Below are positions 27,745 to 34,399 of a DNA stretch of 37,498 nt, one piece after another. Location of the stretch: the IMG/VR virus record IMGVR_UViG_3300036770_003979, positions 1 to 37,498 of that record. One strand, 5' to 3'. The notes below the pieces were generated by a model. It saw only the letters and a list, made by a program, of their open reading frames with translations, ran no database searches and had not been told where the DNA came from. The stretch is from a virus (lineage: Duplodnaviria; Caudoviricetes). Made by a program: the position numbers and the translations under genes. Position 1 is the first letter of the stretch. Every line of letters starts with the position of its first letter.

Positions 27745-27831
27745 AAAAACAAAACAGGGACTGAAGAATAAATTTGGTCGGTATATGTTGATGAAAAGGT
27801 TCATCACTCTATACAACATTCTTCAGCCCCT
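27745..27831 (-). ncRNA. Structured 3' UTR / extended terminator of the lysin gene (~76 nt rod-like hairpin plus U tract)
   Basis: Outer stem AGGGGCUGAAGAAU (27831-27818) / AUUCUUCAGUCCCU (27769-27756); inner stems GUAUA/UAUAC and UGAUGAA/UUCAUCA; followed by GUUUUGUUUUU. The G-U pair favours the minus strand. Confidence 0.65.
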
Positions 27832-27836
27832 ATTGT

Positions 27837-28337
27837 TTACTCTGTTATCATTACTTGAGCAAGGTTGCGTTCCTCTAACTCAATTCGAAGTCTCTTAGAT
27901 ACCTTTCGCCAGTACTTTTTAGTAGACTTCTTCTTGTGCCCGTCGGGGCCTCCGTTCCACTTCCTTGCCATCAATTCCATGTCTTCTTTTGAAAGTGAAT
28001 CTCTATTCAGGTTTGGGTTGTAAAACTCTTGATAGATCCAAAACATCTCTGCCGACTTCTCAGGATCGTTTCTATCAGCAAGAGTAAACTTTTTATCAAG
28101 TCCTTGAATCTTGCAAATACGATTTACTTCCTTCACCATGATTGGTTTGATTTGGACAATTCCAACCGAACCATCTCTTGATTTTGCGTTTGCGTCACCT
28201 TTTGACTCAACCCAAACGATAGATGAATACAACACGTCTTTTAGGATTTCACCCTTCTTGAAAGGGGTCATTGCAATTACTACAAACGTAGCAACAATGA
28301 GTCCAACGGTTGTAACCCGTTTCCATTTGTTAGTCAT
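27837..28337 (-). CDS. Lysozyme-superfamily peptidoglycan hydrolase (SLT / i-type-like) with N-terminal membrane anchor
   Basis: VES catalytic Glu motif, SVGIVQI, DR.DP.KS..MF and ARKWNGGPDG; hydrophobic VTTVGLIVATFVVIAM after a basic N-terminus. Confidence 0.8.
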   Translation of the reverse strand: MTNKWKRVTTVGLIVATFVVIAMTPFKKGEILKDVLYSSIVWVESKGDANAKSRDGSVGIVQIKPIMVKEVNRICKIQGLDKKFTLADRNDPEKSAEMFWIYQEFYNPNLNRDSLSKEDMELMARKWNGGPDGHKKKSTKKYWRKVSKRLRIELEERNLAQVMITE

Positions 28338-28372
28338 ATCAACTCTCTCTTTTGTGGATAATTTGTTTTCAT
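28334..28372 (-). CDS. Candidate 12-aa leader peptide MKTNYPQKRELI coupled to the lysin
   Basis: ATG at 28372; its TGA (28336-28334) overlaps the lysin ATG as ATGA. It has no strong free RBS and may be chance. Confidence 0.3.
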   Translation of the reverse strand: MKTNYPQKRELI

Positions 28373-28376
28373 TCTT

Positions 28377-28392
28377 TACGTCCGAAGACGTA
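28377..28392 (-). promoter_or_regulatory. C(UUCG)G tetraloop hairpin in the lysin 5' UTR
   Basis: UACGUC-UUCG-GACGUA, a perfect 6-bp stem. Confidence 0.7.
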
Positions 28393-28423
28393 GGTGTATT
28401 ACAACAACATTATACCGACCAAG

Positions 28424-28431
28424 TATAAATA
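28424..28431 (-). promoter_or_regulatory. Putative late promoter TATTTATA for the lysin
   Basis: GATATTTATA context identical to the copies at 4099 and 13037. Confidence 0.6.
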
Positions 28432-28450
28432 TCAGTTGTTTTTGTTATTA

Positions 28451-28484
28451 CAATAATAGGAAATTTTTGGGACAATTCCAAGCG
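28451..28484 (-). promoter_or_regulatory. Host-RNAP-type promoter (TTG-N20-TATTATTG)
   Basis: The 15-mer CGCTTGGAATTGTCC is identical to 30685-30699. Confidence 0.65.
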
Positions 28485-28488
28485 ATTT

Positions 28489-28749
28489 TTATCCGATACC
28501 GCCGGTGTCTCCAAGTTCAAATTGTGTACCCTCGTAGGTTTCACGTGATTCGGTAGGGATCAGTTCAATGTCCCTATATTCGGCGTCTTTGGCTTTCATA
28601 CAACAGAACCATTTTCCATCTTTATCACGGAGTAAAGAATCTGTTCCAAGACTGTTGTGGATTATAGTTGCAGCTTCCTCAGAAGTAGTATTACTCAACA
28701 CTCTTCGTATAACATAGATACTATCTTCTAGTCTAATAACACTATTCAT
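28489..28749 (-). CDS. Hypothetical protein
   Basis: 86 aa with GAGG RBS, downstream of the promoter at 28851-28881. Confidence 0.7.
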   Translation of the reverse strand: MNSVIRLEDSIYVIRRVLSNTTSEEAATIIHNSLGTDSLLRDKDGKWFCCMKAKDAEYRDIELIPTESRETYEGTQFELGDTGGIG

Positions 28750-28850
28750 ATTAACATAACCTCTAGTTTAACTGCTACTTAACTTAACTCTGTTAATAAG
28801 TAGAATAAGAACTTCTTTTTTCTGTGTTCACTCTTTTCCCGTGTTCACTG

Positions 28851-28881
28851 TAAAGATACAAAATAAATCAATACGAGTCAA
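28851..28881 (-). promoter_or_regulatory. Host-RNAP-type promoter (TTGACT-N17-TATCTT)
   Basis: Near-canonical -35/-10 with the same spacing as the other copies. Confidence 0.65.
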
Positions 28882-29088
28882 GTGTTATTTTACAGTCTGT
28901 CAACATTGTTGATGTTCTGTAAAACTAGCCTCCTTCAGATTCCGTAGGAAGAAAATGGGTGTTTTTATGGACTGTAAATACCCCTGTTTTGACCCCTACC
29001 GACGTCCTAGAGACGTTTTTATTTGACCACCCATACCCAACTATACCTCCACCCATAAAATCTCCGTATAAACGAGTTAAACACCATA

Positions 29089-29152
29089 TTTAAGTCTATG
29101 AAAATAAAGGACTTACGCCGATGACGTAAGTCCTTATAAATCAACTACTTAC
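29089..29152. repeat. Palindromic repeat array, copy 1 (two TAAGT-N15-ACTTA units)
   Basis: Units start at 29091 and 29127; an 11-bp inverted repeat AAGGACTTACG/CGTAAGTCCTT (29107-29135) lies between them; near-identical to 34776-34832. Confidence 0.9.
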
Positions 29153-29158
29153 AGAAAA

Positions 29159-29575
29159 TCAGTCGTTTTCGCCCATGAGAATATCGGGACGTTGGATGTA
29201 TTCGATTGTTAGGTCATCCGCCCACAGAATTCTTTGGTCATCCCATGAAACAACGAATTCTGGCACCATACAACCGTAACGTTGATAGTATGCTTCATAC
29301 TCATCAAATGATTCGTAGATGTCAAACTTATCATCGAAGATTGGAATACCACCTGACAATTGAACAAGACTTGATTCTAGCTCACCGAACGTCGAGAAAT
29401 ATGTCCCTTGTTCAGCCTCATCCTCTGAGTTTTCAAAAACCCAAACCAAAATGTCTTCTCGTAGTCCTTCAAGAATTGTAAAACTACGTTCTACTTCTTC
29501 GAGATTTGCCGCATTTGCAACATCGTCCCATCGTGCAGAAAACTGTTCGAGTAGTTGTTTGAAATTATTGTTCAT
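29159..29575 (-). CDS. Acidic hypothetical protein
   Basis: Start moved to MNNNFKQ, giving an 11-nt overlap with the upstream gene; strongly Asp/Glu-rich. Confidence 0.7.
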   Translation of the reverse strand: MNNNFKQLLEQFSARWDDVANAANLEEVERSFTILEGLREDILVWVFENSEDEAEQGTYFSTFGELESSLVQLSGGIPIFDDKFDIYESFDEYEAYYQRYGCMVPEFVVSWDDQRILWADDLTIEYIQRPDILMGEND

Positions 29576-29771
29576 TGATGTAGTCCACGATCTTTGATTC
29601 TGAAATAGTCTTGACCTCGAATGGATCAACACACGTTGATAGATACTTGTTCACTTGAACTTCGGCATCCGTTACAGACACGGCATTTACCATGTATGAA
29701 CGAGATTGCTTTTTCACCTTACCATTATCGTGGGTGATTTCAAATTGAACTTTTGCTAGATAGAAAGCCAT
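29565..29771 (-). CDS. DUF4494-like protein
   Basis: FYLAKVQFE....NGKVKK....YMVNAVSVTDAE..V resembles the Bacteroidota DUF4494 family; GAAGGA RBS. Confidence 0.7.
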   Translation of the reverse strand: MAFYLAKVQFEITHDNGKVKKQSRSYMVNAVSVTDAEVQVNKYLSTCVDPFEVKTISESKIVDYINEQ

Positions 29772-29773
29772 AA

Positions 29774-30028
29774 CTAATCCTTCTTTTTATAAATGTTTGA
29801 TAAGTACTTTGTATTTAGTTGGTTGGTTCCAATGAGAGAGTGTAATGGGAAGTACCCTTTATGACACCCTACCATATCGTTCTTTGTTCCAATATACAAA
29901 TTTCCGTCTTCTTCTACAAGATAAACAGGTATAAAGTTTATCTGTAAATCGTTGTACTCGTCGGAATACCGAGCGAATATCTTTTTACCGATTGGAAATT
30001 GGTTAGTCTTGGAATGTTGCATAGTCAT
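29774..30028 (-). CDS. Hypothetical protein
   Basis: Likely start at MTMQHS (30028 or 30022) rather than 30142, which would overlap the upstream gene by 140 nt. Confidence 0.5.
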   Translation of the reverse strand: MTMQHSKTNQFPIGKKIFARYSDEYNDLQINFIPVYLVEEDGNLYIGTKNDMVGCHKGYFPLHSLIGTNQLNTKYLSNIYKKKD

Positions 30029-30362
30029 TGAATTTTGACTGATAGATTGGTTCGAGAGCGAGATACACTTCCCAAAGTTGTTCGAGGAAAAAGTCATTTG
30101 CGTTATACGGTGTAAACTCTCCATCAGTGTTCCATTCGTCACTGTTTACAACGGTCATAAGATATACGTCCCGTCCCTTTGTCTCTACACCATAAACATC
30201 CACATCTTCGATTGTTACGATAGGTGTTGGTGTATTTGTATCATCGTACTTGTAGAATTCACCACCAGCCTTATTGATTAGGGTGGCCATACGAATGATG
30301 ATCTGTTCCTTCAACGTCTTCGGTGTGATAATGATAGACGTTACGTGTGATGATTGACTCAT
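30003..30362 (-). CDS. Hypothetical protein
   Basis: 119 aa; ATGA-coupled to 30359-30631. Confidence 0.7.
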   Translation of the reverse strand: MSQSSHVTSIIITPKTLKEQIIIRMATLINKAGGEFYKYDDTNTPTPIVTIEDVDVYGVETKGRDVYLMTVVNSDEWNTDGEFTPYNANDFFLEQLWEVYLALEPIYQSKFNDYATFQD

Positions 30363-30631
30363 CGAGTTACTCCAATAAAAAAGTTGTAAAAGAAAATAGA
30401 AAACGGAATTGCTGCGAGTGTAAAGTAGAACATATTACGGAACGACTGCTTCTTTTGTTCGAGTGTCTTGATCTTATTGTAGAGAGCAAGTGAATTACAA
30501 AACTCATCCTTTGTGATGTGTTTACCGAATGTTGTGTAAGCATTCGGATCGGCGAGAAATACCTTGTGGATATTTTCTTTCGAGGGTGTCCGTGACCAAT
30601 TGAATGGTTGTATTCGTCGGACTTTCTTCAT
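30359..30631 (-). CDS. Hypothetical protein with C-terminal TM helix
   Basis: First gene after the promoter at 30666-30699; AAGG RBS; hydrophobic C-terminus. Confidence 0.7.
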   Translation of the reverse strand: MKKVRRIQPFNWSRTPSKENIHKVFLADPNAYTTFGKHITKDEFCNSLALYNKIKTLEQKKQSFRNMFYFTLAAIPFSIFFYNFFIGVTR

Positions 30632-30665
30632 TGCGTTACCTTTGAGGTGGTTGATTGATGTAATA

Positions 30666-30699
30666 CAAATGTACGAAAAAAATAGGACAATTCCAAGCG
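30666..30699 (-). promoter_or_regulatory. Bacteroidota-type promoter (TTG-N20-TACATTTG)
   Basis: Exact TAnnTTTG element with upstream TTG. Confidence 0.7.
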
Positions 30700-31569
30700 T
30701 TATTTCGTTACGTCACGAAAAAGTTGTGGAACAGTTCCGTACTGTGGTAACTTTCCATCCCACTTATCAATCATTTCCTTTTGAACAAGAAGTGGTGTGA
30801 GAGATTGTTGCTTCAGACGGTTAGCTTCTGCTTCGGCACGGGCACGAATGATTGTAGATGCAGAATCACCACGAGCCGATTCAATTTGTTTTTGAGCTTC
30901 CGCGATTGTTTGTTGCTTCTCATTCTCTGCACGTTGGGCATTCTGAACGGCTGTGATCTTTGAATTGATCGCCTGTTCGAGAGATTGAGGAACTGAAATC
31001 TTACCAGCGATTGTAATTTGTTGGATTTCAAATCCTTCCTTACTCAACTGACTAACAAGAACACGACGAACAGAATCTTCATACACCTTACGATTGGAGA
31101 TGATATGTTCGGCCGTCATTTGACCTGCAACACCGTTGTACGCATTACGAACAGACGTGTAAAGATAACGTGTTTCAAGGTCTTCAAGTGGAAGACGATA
31201 CTTACGGAAGATGTTTGATACTTCATCGTTACGAACCGAGTAGTTCATACTTACGTCGAATGAAATAGTCATACCGTCGGCGGTGGTACAATGAATTGAA
31301 TGATCATACACCATTGTACCGTCTTGATCTACATACCGTTGGTACTTGATTTCACGAACATACGTTGGAAACTCATAGACCGCGGTTGTAAACCGATTGT
31401 ACCACACCATACCTGTTACCAACTCGATGTCTTGGACACCACGATCGGAACCATACAGTTCGACCTTTACACCGGCATGACCGGCATCAATACGTTCGCA
31501 TCCGAAAAAGATTGAACCAATGATAAGAGTTGCTACGATAGCAATACCTGTGATAATAAGATTACGCAT
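30700..31569 (-). CDS. SPFH / Band 7 / prohibitin-family membrane protein
   Basis: N-terminal TM, RIDAGHAGVKV..YG, TADG..I.FDVS.NY, AINSK..A.Q.AQRAENE, AEAEANR...QSLTP, DKWDGKLP. Start moved to MRNLII. Confidence 0.92.
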   Translation of the reverse strand: MRNLIITGIAIVATLIIGSIFFGCERIDAGHAGVKVELYGSDRGVQDIELVTGMVWYNRFTTAVYEFPTYVREIKYQRYVDQDGTMVYDHSIHCTTADGMTISFDVSMNYSVRNDEVSNIFRKYRLPLEDLETRYLYTSVRNAYNGVAGQMTAEHIISNRKVYEDSVRRVLVSQLSKEGFEIQQITIAGKISVPQSLEQAINSKITAVQNAQRAENEKQQTIAEAQKQIESARGDSASTIIRARAEAEANRLKQQSLTPLLVQKEMIDKWDGKLPQYGTVPQLFRDVTK

Positions 31570-31813
31570 TTTCATTTTCCTTTGTTTGATTGTTAGTACG
31601 TGATTCGATAAAACTTTCAACTACCCAACGAACTCCATGATAAACAACAGAACCCGAAGTGATAAACAGGAGAAGTCCTAAAAACATTTGAAACGTTGAT
31701 GATGGAGATGAGATGACACCTGCGGCATAAGTAAGTGCGTAAATTACACACGCGGTAATGATTGTGCAGAAGGTAAAAATACCGACTGACTTCAAGATTG
31801 AATTTGTGTTCAT
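31562..31813 (-). CDS. Two-TM small membrane protein
   Basis: Two hydrophobic helices; 8-nt overlap with the SPFH gene; AAGG RBS. Confidence 0.7.
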   Translation of the reverse strand: MNTNSILKSVGIFTFCTIITACVIYALTYAAGVISSPSSTFQMFLGLLLFITSGSVVYHGVRWVVESFIESRTNNQTKENENA

Positions 31814-31834
31814 ACGAACCTTTCCTTTATAATG

Positions 31835-32335
31835 TTACCCGAAATAAATTTGAATGCTAGCAGAATCGTCAGTGGCCTTTACGTCATTGTAAGCAGAAAG
31901 AATGTCCTCATGGAACTTCCAAATGTCTGCGATATTTTCACGGGCATCTTCGATGGAAATATCTTCTTTCGTTGTCAACTTTTTGATGTTTGGTGCGATC
32001 TGTTGGAAAACTTCCGCGAATGCCTTGATAGAATCTTCGGCTTCCATCTTTTGTTCAAGTAGATGTTCACGAAGGGCAGAGTCGTCATCCATGAAGTATT
32101 TACACGCAGAGATTCCTCGTTTGATGTCATCCTCTGTAAAGTCCAACGTAGAACCGTCACCCGATACACCTGCGTTTGCACGCGTTGCGTTTGGTAAGAT
32201 TCCGTAGAACAACCGTTGACGTGATGTGTTGAATGCACCGATTCGGAAGTAGGCAATCTCGTTTTCAGAGGCGTAAAAACTATCATCCGTTGGTGATGAC
32301 TTTGTTTTGATGTATGCTGAAATATCGTGTCCCAT
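31835..32335 (-). CDS. Hypothetical protein
   Basis: 166 aa, MGHDI N-terminus and IYFG C-terminus; TAATG-coupled to the upstream nuclease gene. Confidence 0.75.
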   Translation of the reverse strand: MGHDISAYIKTKSSPTDDSFYASENEIAYFRIGAFNTSRQRLFYGILPNATRANAGVSGDGSTLDFTEDDIKRGISACKYFMDDDSALREHLLEQKMEAEDSIKAFAEVFQQIAPNIKKLTTKEDISIEDARENIADIWKFHEDILSAYNDVKATDDSASIQIYFG

Positions 32336-32877
32336 TAGTTTTGTCCTTTTGTAAGGTCTATGATTTTTGTGAGAGAATCTTCCAATGTACCACCGTAAGG
32401 TTCAAGCCATGTTGGAACGTTAGTCGGATCAACCGAAAACCACGCGGTCTCCGAACCACGACTACCATTATGTTGTGACCCAATTTTACCGGACTTCCAA
32501 AGTTGAATCAAATCGGGTTTTGGAATTACCCAACAATGAACATCATGTGGCGAAAGACCAAGACAAATTGCAAACTCGTAGTTTTGATTACGAAGTTGTT
32601 GAAACTTGTAAACACCCGTTTCCCAAAGCGTACTCATCTTTACTTCTGCACGATGTCCTTCAACAATACGATCGGCGTCTGAATCAGGAGAACGTCGAAC
32701 TTCAAGACCGTTGTCTTTCAACCACCGTTCAACAATCTTTTCACCGATCGCGCCTTTACGTTTAGAAGATTCTAAACGAATCCACTTGAAAGGACTATCT
32801 TCCCACACATCCGTATGTTTTGAATACTCTTGTTCAAGATCTTCCGTTATTGAGACAAGATTTTGTTTTTGTCCCAT
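32335..32877 (-). CDS. PD-(D/E)xK restriction-endonuclease-like nuclease
   Basis: KGAIGE (helix Glu), PDSDAD..V.G...EVK.S active-site pattern and FQQLR.QNY. Start moved to MGQKQ at 32877 (TAATG overlap). Confidence 0.7.
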   Translation of the reverse strand: MGQKQNLVSITEDLEQEYSKHTDVWEDSPFKWIRLESSKRKGAIGEKIVERWLKDNGLEVRRSPDSDADRIVEGHRAEVKMSTLWETGVYKFQQLRNQNYEFAICLGLSPHDVHCWVIPKPDLIQLWKSGKIGSQHNGSRGSETAWFSVDPTNVPTWLEPYGGTLEDSLTKIIDLTKGQN

Positions 32878-33092
32878 TAGTTTTGTTCCCGTGACGGTGG
32901 ATTGATAATTCCGTTTTGAATAAGACCATGAGCGGTACGTCCGAACCAACCTTGTAGGTTCCAACACAAACCTGTGTCAACAAGATGTTGCCAAGCAGCA
33001 ATCAATTGTTCTTCGGATTCAGGTTCTTGGAAACCTTCTGCAACGGCGACTGCGGTGTAGTCATCCATTTCGTACATATCGGTTGCCTTCAT
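32877..33092 (-). CDS. Small phage protein with AWQxLxDTGxxWxLQGWxGR motif
   Basis: 71 aa, coupled to both neighbours; the Trp-rich motif looks like a conserved family. Confidence 0.75.
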   Translation of the reverse strand: MKATDMYEMDDYTAVAVAEGFQEPESEEQLIAAWQHLVDTGLCWNLQGWFGRTAHGLIQNGIINPPSREQN

Positions 33093-33430
33093 TACTTCTT
33101 ACCCTTTCCTGTTTTTGTTGTAGTTGTTTTTGGTTTGTTTGTACTTCCCTTTGGACGACCACGCTTTCTCTTTTCACCTGTTACGGGATCAATCTTTGGC
33201 CCCTTACGTTCAACGGGAACTAACTTGGAAACACACGTTGAACAAACGAACCGAGAAATTTCACCGTCATGGTCGATGTGTGTGTCACAAATTTCACCAC
33301 CCCAATACGGTGTCTTGTTCTTCTTGTGATTGATACAGTAGATTTGACCACGTTTTACTACTGATTGCTCGAAGTTTGATTTCTTGGAAGTTTTCTTTGT
33401 CTTGCGTGTTTTCGTTGTTTTTGTTTTCAT
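33092..33430 (-). CDS. Cys4 zinc-finger-like protein with AT-hook
   Basis: C-x15-C-x14-C-x2-C; KRKRGRPKGS AT-hook core; K/T-rich termini. Confidence 0.7.
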   Translation of the reverse strand: MKTKTTKTRKTKKTSKKSNFEQSVVKRGQIYCINHKKNKTPYWGGEICDTHIDHDGEISRFVCSTCVSKLVPVERKGPKIDPVTGEKRKRGRPKGSTNKPKTTTTKTGKGKK

Positions 33431-33445
33431 TATAGTTACCTTGTG

Positions 33446-33712
33446 TTATCGATTAGTTAGGTTGCTGAATCCCGATTCGTCAAGCAGGGCGATACCATAC
33501 TTTTCTTTGTGCTTCCTGTCAACATTCAAGGCATGGAAGATTTCATCCTCATGCCAATTAGTGATTTGATTTAGCACCCAATTCAGCTGCTCACTATACT
33601 TCTTGTATAGTTTAGGACTAGTGATCGCCATCTCAGCAGCCATGATCATAAGTGCATCATACTTACGACGCACCTCGATCGCCTCCATATCCCATTCAGA
33701 AAGTTGTTCCAT
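33446..33712 (-). CDS. Hypothetical protein (tandem paralog of 33744-34034)
   Basis: QLSEWD.EAI...RKY...PKLYKKYSE.L.WV......EDE..HA.NV....K.KYGI.LLD is shared with the neighbour. Confidence 0.8.
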   Translation of the reverse strand: MEQLSEWDMEAIEVRRKYDALMIMAAEMAITSPKLYKKYSEQLNWVLNQITNWHEDEIFHALNVDRKHKEKYGIALLDESGFSNLTNR

Positions 33713-33743
33713 TGCGGTGTTCCTTGTGTGTTATTGATTGAGG

Positions 33744-34034
33744 TTAGCTAATCGAACTACCATTGACTACATGATTGAGAACGGTTCCATCTAGCAGGTT
33801 GATACCATACTTGTGCTTATACTCGTTGACAACGTTCCATGCGTGACCAAGTTCATCCTCTCGTGAGAACGATACTTCTTCGTCCACCCATTTCAATATT
33901 TCACTATACTTCTTGTATAGCTTAGGGTCAACCGCTTTCATTTCATTCATCATGTTCGTGAAGATCATATACTTGCGGTTGATCTTGATTGCTTCAATAT
34001 CCCACTCTGAGAGTTGTGGTTGTGATTTTTTCAT
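33744..34034 (-). CDS. Hypothetical protein (tandem paralog of 33446-33712)
   Basis: Same motifs as above; an identical 20-mer occurs at 33591-33610 and 33901-33920. Confidence 0.8.
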   Translation of the reverse strand: MKKSQPQLSEWDIEAIKINRKYMIFTNMMNEMKAVDPKLYKKYSEILKWVDEEVSFSREDELGHAWNVVNEYKHKYGINLLDGTVLNHVVNGSSIS

Positions 34035-34064
34035 TACGGTGTTCCTTGTGTGTTTGTGTGAAAA

Positions 34065-34376
34065 TTAGACGTATTGAACTACACGACGTTGTTTGTGTTG
34101 TTGACGTGAACGAATTGTCTTTCGGTACAAGTTAACATAATGGTCGAACGTATCAATATCCAATTCGTAAATTCTTTTGTTTACTACAAGACAACCACGT
34201 CCGTCGAATGTGTGTGAAGAGTTACGACGGAAGTAACCTGTATTTGGGTTCCAACGATATACAGAACCCGTGACCGCATCAAAGAAAATAGAAGTACCCC
34301 TTGTATTCACACCAAGATAGTGAATGTGAGAATCAAGTTCTTCGATGGAGAACGGGAGATTAGGAAGTGTTTTCAT
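34065..34376 (-). CDS. Hypothetical protein
   Basis: 103 aa preceded by the ACACAAGGA leader. Confidence 0.7.
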   Translation of the reverse strand: MKTLPNLPFSIEELDSHIHYLGVNTRGTSIFFDAVTGSVYRWNPNTGYFRRNSSHTFDGRGCLVVNKRIYELDIDTFDHYVNLYRKTIRSRQQHKQRRVVQYV

Positions 34377-34399
34377 TGTGTTATCCTTGTGTGTGAAAA

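Noticed and set aside
28925-29056. 43-aa minus-strand ORF MGGGIVGYGWSNKN... with a GGAG upstream
   Set aside because: Its Gly-rich sequence reflects local C/G skew, it is not coupled to any neighbour and it has no motif; not supportable as a gene.
32878-32967. 30-aa N-terminal extension of the nuclease ORF
   Set aside because: It overlaps the upstream gene by 90 nt; the ATG at 32877 gives a clean TAATG coupling.
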